DNA of 64,000 nucleotides from Psammoneis japonica (taxonomy: Eukaryota), in assembly GCA_008632985.1 (NCBI GenBank), contig QPGO01000097.1:1-64000 (forward strand). Direction: 5' to 3'. The notes under the pieces were generated by a model. That model did not search any database. It had not been told where the DNA came from and saw only the letters and a list, made by a program, of their open reading frames with translations. This document shows positions 50,574 through 62,051 of this stretch, piece by piece. The first letter of the stretch is position 1, and every line of letters begins with the position of its first letter. A program made the position numbers and the translations under genes.

Positions 50574-50776
50574 NNNNNNNNNNNNNNNNNNNNNNNNNNN
50601 NNNNNNNNNNNNNNNNNNNNNNNNNNNNNNNNNNNNNNNNNNNNNNNNNNNNNNNNNNNNNNNNNNNNNNNNNNNNNNNNNNNNNNNNNNNNNNNNNNNN
50701 NNNNNNNNNNNNNNNNNNNNNNNNNNNNNNNNNNNNNNNNNNNNNNNNNNNNNNNNNNNNNNNNNNNNNNNNNNNN
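50574..50776. other. Assembly gap (N run)
   Basis: 203 N. Confidence 1.

Positions 50777-50870
<94 letters not shown>
50777..50870. repeat. (CA)n microsatellite abutting the gap
   Basis: Read directly from the sequence. Confidence 0.95.
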
Positions 50871-50871
<1 letters not shown>

Positions 50872-53800
50872 GGCCAACAATTGTGCTGCATTCTTTGGCA
50901 AAGATGAGGTCACTCTCACCTTGAGTTCCAAAATGGACTGGCCCAGCAGCACGGCATTTGATGATTGATCGCATCTTGGTGAGACAGGCAAAGTTTCAAA
51001 AGGCAGTTGACCACACATCTGCAAAGCTTCAAAGGTGGTCAACCAAAAAATCTTTCTTGTGACCACCATTGGCAGTGGACACCATGCTGCAAGATGCTGC
51101 ATCACAAGAAAAAGTCAGCTGCACTGTGAGAAGAGGCTCAGACAGAGCTGCAAAAGCTCATGTCTCTGCACCCCTGGTGGGAGTCTCTCATGTGAACTGC
51201 AGCTGCTGACAGCCAGAGGGGCAACCAAGTGGTGAGCTGTGGCTGACAACATCATTTTTGACAGAAAAGCCTTCCAGATGGGTGCCAAGTGAAGTGCTGA
51301 ACTCACATCCAGCCAAGCTTGTTATCTTGTGCAGAGGCCACCAAACATGTGTTGGGAGGCAACATCTGGAACAAACATCTTGGCTCCAGCTGCTGGAGAA
51401 GCAATGGGCAGCCACATCAGTGCACAGAGCCAGGATGAAGAAGTTGAGTGGAGAGTGTCAGGGCCACCAATCCCCTGACAATTGCCACCCTGACAGCTCC
51501 ATTGAAAGGGACAACATGATTTGCTGTGCACACAAAAAAACACGTGCCTTTCTCATGGAGCAAAGCAGGGAACACAGGCACCAGCATGTCAATGAAGCAG
51601 CAGAAACATCTGTGGCTGTGGAGCAGTGCACACACAAGATGTTGGAGTTCACAGCAAGAGTGAAGCTGAACAAACAGCCACCATGTTTGCACAGGAAGCA
51701 GACCTCCACTCCATTCTTGCACTGGCAACACTTTGGGGGACCATTGGGCTGCCCAGCAGAAACTCAGCAATGGAGTTCCATGATCATTGTTGCAGGTCAC
51801 AGAGACAGCTGATGAAGATGTGAAAGCTGGTGGTTGCTGAGTGGGTGAAATGCTTGCATTGCAAGCCATTTGTGACAACCTTGCCTGCTGGCATCAAGAA
51901 GGACTGGAGTGGTCAGGGGGCAGTGTGCAATGATGAAAGTGCCATGCCAAAGCTCAGCGCTTCTCTCTTCCTTGTGAGCACAGCTCTGGAGTCTGCCACC
52001 AGAACACTGAACACACAGGTGGTGTGCTGTTGAAGCCCTTGCAAACACAGCACCAAAACCTTGGTGCCATCACTGCTCAAAGTTTTCTAACCGGCTGTCA
52101 AGAGCAGTGTTGCTCTGGCAGGTTGTGCACGCCACACTGTTTGTGCAGAGGTTGCCAACAATGACAGTGCTGCCAGGCAGCAGGTGGACCAAAGCATGAC
52201 ACACCCAACAGGAGACAAAGCCTGTTGCTTGAATGCTTTGGCCAGGAAGTTCTGTGCAGTGATGATGGCCTCTGAGAACAGCCACTGGTGTGTGAGATGT
52301 GCTGAGGACATCACCTTGTGCAGCTTTCTTGCCACAGCCCCAACAGGTCATGCTGTGTGCCCACTCCTGATGGAGCTCTTGGCTCTTTTTTCCAGGTTGT
52401 CTGCTGACTGTCTGGCTTGGCTGTGCACATGGTTGCATGTTTTCAACACAGACAATTGCGTGTTGTTGTGCTGCACCCCAGCACTGCCAGCAGTTGCCAG
52501 GAGCATGCTGACAGGCATCTCTTGACAGTGCCAACACCAAAAGGTGGCTGTTCTCATTGTTGGCCATGGGGGAGAGGATGCCACCCCTCTTCTTGTGGGA
52601 TCTTTCACACAGATGGTGATCAACCCCTGGAAGCACACAAGCTGATGACAATGCTGTGATGGCAAAAAAAACATGCTTGCCTCATGATGAAAATCTTCAC
52701 TGTTCCAGTGCTCTGTCATGGAGCACTTCATGGACGACACCCCTGTTGAGACCACAAACAAGCCAAAGCACCAAATGACATCCATTGATTGGTGGGTCTG
52801 CAAAGGCAGTGCATGAAACAAGATTGTAAGAAACACAAGACATGTGCAAAAACTGATCATTGGCACAAAGTTTTCTCTGGTTGCAGGCAATGCTTTGGCT
52901 GACCAAACAGAAGGAACGCAAGATTGGCCATTGGAGGACAATGTTGTTGCCTGGTGCAGACAATCATGGAGAGAGTGAGAGTGGTTGCAAGGGAGGACAC
53001 AAGGACCAAAACATCACACCCATGGTGTGGGGACTGCAAAGGACAACAGGAACTGGTGGAACACATGACAAAAAAAAAAGAATGGGAAAAGGGAGCATTT
53101 TTAGCATGCAGAGTAGAAACAACAAAACAGAACAATTGCAAATCAGATGACAAGCAGCATGGAGCCAATGAAAAAACAGGTTGACAAGACAATTGAACAT
53201 TGTCATTGTCAGAAATGAACAATGTCAGAATGTTGTTGCAAACACACAGTTGCTGAGATGGAAACAGAAGCAAGTGACGAGTTTCATCAACTGCTGTTTC
53301 CCACTTGGAAGGTCGGCTTAATTGTGGACAGATGCAAAAACAATGTTGAAACAAGCGGATGTAAAAAATTGTCAAGATTGTGTGCACAAAGAGACTGATT
53401 TCCATTGACTGTTAAATCCCACTTGGAAGGTTCAAACAATTGCTAAATTCCTCAGGATGACAATTGTTTGGGACTTGTTGAGAACACAGGATTCTGAACA
53501 AGAGAATGTGATGTCTGAGCTGACAGATTGGCAGCACAATGCCAGGGCTGTTTCTCTGGTGACACCCTTTTCACGCCTTGCATGCCCCACTGCAGCACCA
53601 ATCTGATTGTGCAGGGTGCCACTGTCTTGGCCAAGTGCAAGTCCGTCATCCAACATGGCGCATCCAGCTGGGCTCTGGTCAGCCACATGATGAGAGAGAA
53701 GCATGGTTGGTCCAACAAAATCTGCAAATCAATTGACTGGGATGTGCGTGCCAAACTGATGTCTTGAAACATTCACCAGAAAGTTGGTGCCATTGAGCTG

Positions 53801-54560
53801 GTGCAGAATCTTCTCCCAACAAACAAAATTGTCCACAGATGTGACCCCACCCATCCAGATTGTTGCGCACACTGTCAAGATCCAATGGAAGATGGAGACC
53901 ACATTCTCCATTGCCTGCACAATGAAGCTTGGTGCCAAAACTTTTTACAAGGTCTGCACAAGAAGTGTGATGACATTCATGCATCCCTGTCCTTGCATGA
54001 TTTGCTTGTCTCAGCTGCAGAGTCATGGGTCTGAGAGGAGTTGCTTTGCTCCAAAGACCTTCACCACAGCATGGTGTCAGTGTTCCAGTCTTAGGAGCAA
54101 ATTGGATGGCATCAGTTGTTCAATGGACATTTCTCCAAATTGTGGAATGTGGCACAAACTTCATGTCTTTTGGCAAGCGGCACTTGTCAGACCCCCTCTC
54201 CTTGCAAGAGAAGAGATTTGACCGGGTGGGTGCCATCAGCAACTGCATTTGGGAGCAGTGGTGGGAGTCATGGGATGAACACAATGATGCAGTTGATGGG
54301 CATGATGCAGAAACAAGGAAGTTCTCTCTCAGTGTCATGATGTCAAAGCAGAAGTGAAAGCCATTTGTTTGTGATCAGATGATTGCTTGGCAAGAGACAA
54401 GGCGCATCTGTTGGATTTGGTCAAAGAACACTTGACAAATTCAACACATTGTCTCTGCAATTGGCTGGCCATGGTCAAGCCAATGTTCAAATTGGGCATT
54501 AGAGAAGCAAAACAGTTTGCTGCCAGAGGTGTGAGAACCATTGCAATTGGGTGATGCCAA
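50871..54560 (+). mobile_element. Decayed non-LTR (LINE) retrotransposon ORF2 fragment
   Basis: C-terminal KHGWSNKICKSIDW, zinc knuckle CAHC...EDGDHILHC and QIGWHQLFNGHFSKLW. A SGQG RT-like motif lies near 51910. The 5' boundary is uncertain. Confidence 0.6.
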
Positions 54561-57500
54561 TTCTGGCTGGTTGCCACATGCTCCTGCCGCACTGTTGGTG
54601 CACTGGGGGTGTGGGTTAGCTTGTTGCTGGAGTTGCAGGGTGGAAGCACAGCAGCACTTTAAACATGGAATTTTGGTTTTGTTTTGAACAAGAGAGTGTG
54701 AGTTCTGAACAAGAGCCACAATGTTTTCCAGACAAAGATGAATCCACAGATGAGGGCTGGGAAGTCAACAGGAATCCAAAGGAAAAGGCTGGAGGTTGAG
54801 AGGAAGGAAAAGGCTCAGAGATTGACAGGAATCCAAAGGCACACCTCATGCAAGCAGATTGCAGCAAACAAGCTGGCTGGACAAGGGTGAAGAAACAATC
54901 TCTGGAAGGCCTTGCTGTCAAAAAAGCTGCCAAGGGCAGTCAGCTGAAAGAGGGTGCAGCAAGGTTGTGTCAGGGTCAGTGAGACAGAGTGTGCTGCTGT
55001 TGGCAAGCCATGGAACTCCAAAGCATGTCCTGGAAAAGATGGGCAAGGTCACAGCTGGGCACGGAAGCACAAAAGAGTTGAAGGAGTGGGCATGTGATGC
55101 CATTGAAGAGTCTTGGAGGACAGGCAAATAGATGCAAAGAAACCATGAGGAAGATCAGTGATCATGTTGAAAGAGTGTGTGTGCCAGAGATGCAGGTGCT
55201 CCTGCTGAGGCAGCAGAGCATTCCAGGAGAGCCAGATCATTGATCAGAAGACACCGCATCAGAGAAAGACAAGGCAATCTGGGGCAAAAAATGTGATCAC
55301 TGAGCAAAGCAGAGTGCCGTCTGCAAGATGCAGAAGGCAAAGGCATTTGATGCAATTGTGGGGCAATGCACAAAGGCCATTCATCACAAGCTTGAAGGAG
55401 TGATGGCATCCAAGGAGAGATTGTCCTGACAGCGGTCATTTGTTCACAGAGTCAGACAACATGGGCCACAGGAATCAACAGAACAGTTGACATGTTGTTG
55501 GGTGGCACAGTTTCCAAGTGTCGTCCTCCTGTGCTTGATGCACACAAGGTCAATTGATCAACAACTTGTGTGAAGGAGTGTGTTGGAACATTGGGGCCGG
55601 AGGCAGTTTTTGCAGGACAGACAGACAAAGTTGCAGTGCAGCAAGATGACATGCTTCTTTTTTCTCCAGCTTTTCCTCTCCTTTCTTTTTTTCATGAACT
55701 CAGATCGGAGCTTTCCCGGCACAAGCTCTTGCTGTCTCTGCCAGTGTCCAGTCTGCCAAGCACCTCAATTGAGGCAGTTTTTCAACCCCCCTCACTGAAT
55801 TGCTGAAACCATTGTGCCCCCCAAGTGACATCAGAGTGTTGTTCTCTGTGCTGTGAAACCTTTTCGGCTCTTTGTTTGCAGTCGACCACTCATTTTCTTC
55901 TTCACCTTGTTGGCATGCAAACATGCACATGCTAAAAAATGCACCAGTGCACTAATTTTGGGACTTTGATGATGATGCGACCGCCATTTTGCAGACTTGG
56001 GGACTCTCTCAACAATCCACCTTTAAACAAAATCATGAAACACAACAAGGACGGCCTTGTCATGCTGGTCCAAGCCTTGAAATCAAGGCGACAGTTGAGA
56101 AAAGGAGGATTCAAGAGAAAAACACAAAAAATGGCACCTCAAAAATTTGGGTCTGCAACAATGGCAAACACATGCTGCACACACTGCAGGCTGTCTTCTC
56201 TGTGGCAATGGAAGCCTGCTGTTGTGTGTGGAGCTTTCAAGGATGAGAGCATTTTTTGTGATCACAGCATCAGAGCTGCTGTCACAACAAATGACCGAGA
56301 TCACCAATCTTTGTGTTGTGTCAATTCATGTCACCAAAACCCAACAATCAACAATGACAAGCACATGACACGTTGCTGTGCATTGAATGCAAGACGATGC
56401 GGTGTTTGAAAGCAGGTCAAAGGGCTTTTTGTGAATGTGATGGGCTGTTTTCACATCCCATGTTTGTGGCCAATTTGCAGATCTAAAGATTCAAATTTGG
56501 TGCAGGCAAGTGCATTGCACATGTGAAGAAAGGTGTTTTGAGCATTGAAATGGCTTCATTGTCATTGCAGAGACTGCTTTGCACAATGGGATTGACATCG
56601 TCGTCTCTCGTGTTGTTTGCCAAAATGGCACGTCATTTTCTGTCTGTGGCACATTTTGCCCACCTCAATTGAGGCAGATTTTGCTGCCTCAATTGAGGAA
56701 AAACCCCGGTGGACTCTCTGGTGGACACCAGTGGAGTGTGCACTGTGCTCGAAGAACAAGCACAAACGAAAGTAGAACAAAGTACAAAAAGTGGAAATTG
56801 TGAGATTGAATTTTAATCTGTGATTTTTGGTTTCTCCGAACGAGTTCTCAATGGCCTGAAGCTCTTGCACCAGTCCTGCAGACCAAAAGGCCTTTCGGAT
56901 GACATGTTCATGACAACAGATTGTCCGGATGCGATTGCCATTGACAACAAGATGTCAACATCGTCTGTTGATCACACTTGCAATTTTCGACTTCCAATCA
57001 ACTCTGTGTGATCATTCTGTCCTTTGTGCGCATCCATGACTGTGGTGTGATTGACACAAATGCTGCAACATGTTCAGTCGCGGTGCCCCAAAAATCTGGG
57101 GATTCAGTCCCGGGATTTCCATTTGTGGCTGCTCTGTTTGCAGTGCCAACACACTTTCGACATGACATGATGCCACACTGTTGTTCCATGCCAAGTTTTG
57201 AAAAGGTCTCAACAGGAAACGAGTGGAAAAGGGTCTGGTCTACAAGAGACACAGCTGTCACAAGCAAGCGGGTCTGAATCCCGCATTTTTCATTTTTGAG
57301 TGCATCAAAGAGATGTTGATCCTTTGTCATCAAAGTAAAAGCTCCCATGTGAGGACCGAAATGGTTGCAATCAATTGTGTTGACATGTTGTTGATTCAAC
57401 AGACATTTGTGTCATTTGTCAACGGCTGTGTGTTTCACACGAAAAACACAATTTCTTGGTCAAATGCACAGCTTCCTTGTTCAAAAAACCTGGGATTCAG

Positions 57501-60500
57501 TCCCGGGGTCATGGCACCCAGACCAATCGATTTCCCTGGTGAGAAATCCTGGATTCCAGATTCCCGTTGACCTTCAACTGGACTTCAGAATCCAGCTGGA
57601 ATGCCGCTGCGTGCAAAATGGCATTTCAGGGCATGCAACATGGAGTTGGACCACTCTGCCAATTCATTGGTGTGCAGAAGACTCCACTGTTGTCCCATGT
57701 GAGCACAGAGCAGTCACAGCAGCAAAGCTTTGTCATCATTTTGCATGGGTTTTGATGTGAAGAAGAAAGCACAGCACCAGTTCACCGTGCGACAACAATT
57801 GACACACATCAGAAATGCATCCCAGGATTGCATTCCATGCCACCATGATGAACAACAAAGTGGGGCTCTAGATGGCTTGCAGCAGCATCATGCATCAAAC
57901 TGACATCAAAAGTGCAGTGGCCTCTTCCATTGCTTTGGCAAGTGTCTGGCAGTTGTTGTGGCACATCCTCCTGAGTCACACACAATCTTGATCTTTCCTT
58001 TCTTGTGACTTCCAGATTCGCTCCAAATTTTGGATTTCTCCATGTGATCAAAAGAAGTTGCTTGGAAAGGGGGAAACCAGTGTTCATTTGTTGCTTTTGC
58101 TTGGCTGAATTGCAGTGCAGAAGCTTGAGTTGGTTGGCTTGTGTTCGAACGTCAAGGTGCCAGTGTCTGCATGAAGGAAACCATTTGGGTTGGGTGAGTT
58201 TGCGCTTTCATGACAAAGGATGACCTCATGGCAGGTGAGTGCAACTTGACATGGTTCCTCCATTCTCTCCATCTTACTCACATTGTTCCTTTCTTGCTGC
58301 TGCCACAAAGAAACAATGATGTCAGTTGTGACCACCAGATTGGATGTCAGTCCAGACAGTGGCAAATCCAGGGAGACTCACTGTGTGCTTCACCGGAAGA
58401 AAGAATCTCATGAGTTCACAGTTCACCACCGTTCAACAAGAGTGCGGGAGCATCTTGTGCTGGATGATCCCAATGATTTGATCAGCAGAGTTGATGTCAG
58501 TCAAGACAGTTGTGCATCCAGGGAGACTCATTGTGTGCTGCATCAAAAGAAAGAATTCCACAGGAGCAAACTTTTAGAGTGCAGCAGCAACAAAGCTCTC
58601 TCTGCCAGTTGTGACCACAATTTGTTGTCGCAATTTTTCTTTTGCACAGAAGCCATCGCAAGCGCATCATGTTGACCCCAGGCCACTCCATTGCCACCTC
58701 TGTGGTAAACCCAGACCGTTCCGTGCAGCCCATTGCTGGCCGTGATGCCCAGAAGCTCATCACCAAGGTCAACATGGCATTGCACAAAGATCATTGCACT
58801 GAAGTCATTTTTCACATAACCGGGTGCCACTTCAGACTCTTCAAAAATGTTGCACAATGTCTTCAACAATGTCGATGCTCTCTCTCTGCCAAGCTGCATT
58901 TTGATTGGGCTTGGGAATTGTGTGTTGCATGATGAGGTTGGATTTGGCAACTGGGGCCTGATGACAAGCAGCAATTGGTCTTGTGGAGCGTGCTGTGTTC
59001 AATCAAAAACAAGAGGCACACACTGATCAGTTTTGATGGGAAGGACAGTGAACAACCAGCCTCTAAATGCAAACCCATGAAGTTTGAACCACCAGTTGAA
59101 GTTCTTGTCAATGCTGAAGGGCTTGGCACAGTCATGAAGGACAAACCATTCAAAGAAATGGATCAAGCGCATTCCAATGCAAAACAGAACTTTGACACTG
59201 CCATTGTGGTTTAAGGACTGCTTTCAATGGCATGCCAAAGAGCAGGAACAGTTGAAAAAAGCAAATTGGAAATCCAACCAGTTTCTCATTTTGGTGTGCA
59301 CACTGTGAAGGACAACAAGTGCAGGGGTGCATCGGATCAACTCAAGCCCTTGCCGGCCATGCTCTGCTTTGCATCCAGAACAAGGAGAATCTTGCTCATG
59401 TGTTGGAACAAGCCATGTAGACTGGAGAAATTCTTGGCCCCCCCAGTCGGAGGACTGAATTGGTCACTTCCTTCATGGATGGAGTCCAAGCTAGAAGACC
59501 ACACAAAGTTGCATGATCTTGATCTTGCTCACAGAAGGCTGAGTGAGATTGATGATGCAGCACAGTGTGACTGCAGATGCAAAGCATTTCGAGAACAGCT
59601 GCACAATTCAAGGAGTGGACGAGTGCAATGCATGACAGCTTTTGCCATGAAATGTTTCATTCAATCTTTACACCCGCACCACCCGTTGCGAAACTCATTT
59701 CACAAAGCATGACAAGTCTGGGCTAAAGCCAGGTGAGCATGCAGCAGCTCATCTCCATGCCTTGCATGCCCAAGCAGAATGCTCAGAGGAAGAAACTGCC
59801 AAGTTTGCCTTCCCATTTGCATCCAGGCAAACCTGTCTGCTTTGCTTTGGATTCAAAACATGTGGTTGAAATCATTCAAAAATGTGCCAAACTAATTTCA
59901 AAGCCCATTGTGGGTTTGCTCCATGATGATGAGCCTCTGCTGCACATGTCTTCAGAGCAATCAACGGCACAACACGGCAGCCTTCTGAATGTCACTCAAT
60001 TTTTGTGGATCTCCATTTGCTTGGGGAGAGTCAATGCCTGAGCTGCAACATTGGTGGCTTTGGTGCATGGGGACTTTTGTTGGGGTGCAGTTCATCTTGC
60101 ACAAGCTGTCATCTGAAAGGAGGTGGGACAATGGGTTGCAAGTGGGTTGATGCCTGACTTGGCATCAAACTCTGAACCTCCTCCTTTTTTGAAATGGAGC
60201 ACATTTCTGACAACAACTGCCAAAAGCCACTCTTTCCAATGATGCTGCTCTCTGGAAACTCTTCAAGTCAACCTGACCTCTGTTCTTTTGCACTTGACTC
60301 CTTTGTCATTTGAGTTCCTTGTTTTGCTCTTTGGCCTTTTTGCCGATGCCTTTTTGCATCTTTTGCTCCTTTGGCCACTCCCAAGCTTGAAGTGCGAGCA
60401 ACTCCAATTTGGAAAACACATCCTTCCCATTCTGTGCCTGTGTTCTGCACTCTTGTGAGGAAATTGACATGAATCCCTCTGCACTTGCAACAGAGTTCTG

Positions 60501-61924
60501 AAGGCTGGATTTTGCTGTCAGCACAGTCGTCATGCCAGACTTGGTTGCAGAGGACATGCAGAATGAAAAACCATTCACAGTGCCTGCATTCAGCAGAAAC
60601 AGCACAAACGACATCAACACACCCATTGCGACAGGCACAGAGATGTGCTGCAATGCCATCCACATTTGTCCACATGGTTTTGGGTCCAGCCAGCAGCACC
60701 GGCACATCTTCCCTTTTAGCATTTGGAGACAAGTCAACACCACAGCTGAAAGGGTTGTTTTTCAAACCCTTCTTGGTTCCGCACTTGCGCATCTGTTGCA
60801 CATCCGGTCTGTTGGTCCTCTGTCTGTTGGCCCCAAACATGCTGAGAAAAACCTCCTTCATCATTGCATTGATTTCTTCCTTGCCATTCTCCCATTGAGT
60901 TTCAGTGGCCTCTCCAATGGCGACAGTGTTGCCATCTTTGAACGGGTCGACATCATGCCAGTCACCAAGCAATGGGCTTGATGCACCATTCCTGCAAAAC
61001 GTGTCAAGCAGTGAAAAGCCCAGCGGATCGTTGACTTTGTCTGGTTGTGTGAATGGATCATGCACCCTCGTCAAAAGATCCTCGAAATCCTCAAGACAAA
61101 TGTCAGGTTCATCTCCTTTGACATTGTTGTGCACCACCTGTCGCATTGTTGTGCAGTGTGCATGCAGACAAAAGGTTGTTTTGTCACGCCCTTTGTGACA
61201 TTTAAACTGCAACACGTCGCCGTGATGCATTGGCTCTTGTCAGCAGCTGTGTGCTGCACTCCTCCCCATGCATCGCGCACCCATGCGGCTCTTTGCCAAC
61301 GTGCACTGACACTGCACGTTTTTGGCGGAACAGCGTGGGTGCGCATGAAGGAACATGCAGAACTGCAAGAGTTTTGCGCATTCGACAGCGATCAATGTTG
61401 CTGCAGACAACTCCCACTCAGGGTTTCAAACCCCTGGCCTCCTGCCCAATGGTTGCGATGAACCACTCCGCTGTGAATTCACAGTGCAGCATGCACGCAG
61501 ACAAAAGGTTGTTTTTGTCGCGCCCTTTGTGACACTTAAACTGCAACACGTCGCCGTGATGCATTGGCTCTTGTTGGCAGCTGCACACTGCAGTTGTTGT
61601 CATTCATTGCCTTCATGGCAGAAATGGCTGTGCAGTGAATGCATTTTTGTGTTTTTGAAGAGAAGCCATGGGTTTTGCTTGGCTCCGTGGCTGGCACTTT
61701 GCACAGAGTGTTGACAGAGAGTGCAAGGTTGATGGGGCTCCATTGATTTGATGTGCTTGCGGGCATGCGCTTCATCTCTTGTGCTCACCATGGTTGATCT
61801 GCCGTGCGTGGCACCGGTGCGCAACTGTCCTTCAGAATGTCGAAATCAAGTTGATGTCAGATCGACGGAATCCGGCGCCCGGAATCTCACCAGGGACATG
61901 CATGTGACAGTCGCATGCTGCAAG

Positions 61925-62051
61925 TGGTTCAAGCGAGTCCCGAATGGACGAAAACCATTTTGAGTCCCGAACACTTTGCCAAAATTTTGGCAAAGTGGAC
62001 CAAAATTTTGGCAAAGTATTCGGGACTCGCACTCGGGACTCGCTCTACTCT
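61925..62051 (-). repeat. Right inverted repeat, partner of 23342-23468
   Basis: Reverse-complement match; differences are largely TA->TG/CA. Confidence 0.9.

Noticed and set aside
50777..50870. (CA)n as a converted (TA)n tract
   Set aside because: Two-strand conversion should give mixed CA/TG. A pure tract at a contig end is an ordinary microsatellite.
23600..61900. Hundreds of 60-420 aa ORFs as real genes (e.g. 28418-29680, 39683-40888, 60268-61230)
   Set aside because: They overlap in all frames and are Tyr-poor and Cys/His-rich, as expected from loss of TAA/TAG. Only those with TE motifs were accepted.
23500..62030. Classical fungal RIP or simple CpG methylation decay as the full explanation
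   Set aside because: RIP raises TpA and CpG decay does not consume TpA. Neither gives Tyr->Cys/His.
23500..62030. Alternative genetic code or foreign (viral) DNA explaining the composition
   Set aside because: LTR and IR pairs show post-insertion change, several unrelated TE classes share the bias, and no viral hallmark genes were seen.
23342..62051. Polinton/Maverick assignment (AG...CT ends)
   Set aside because: No pPolB, capsid, ATPase or 6-bp TSD was recognised, and AGAGTAG is a common intergenic word in this window.
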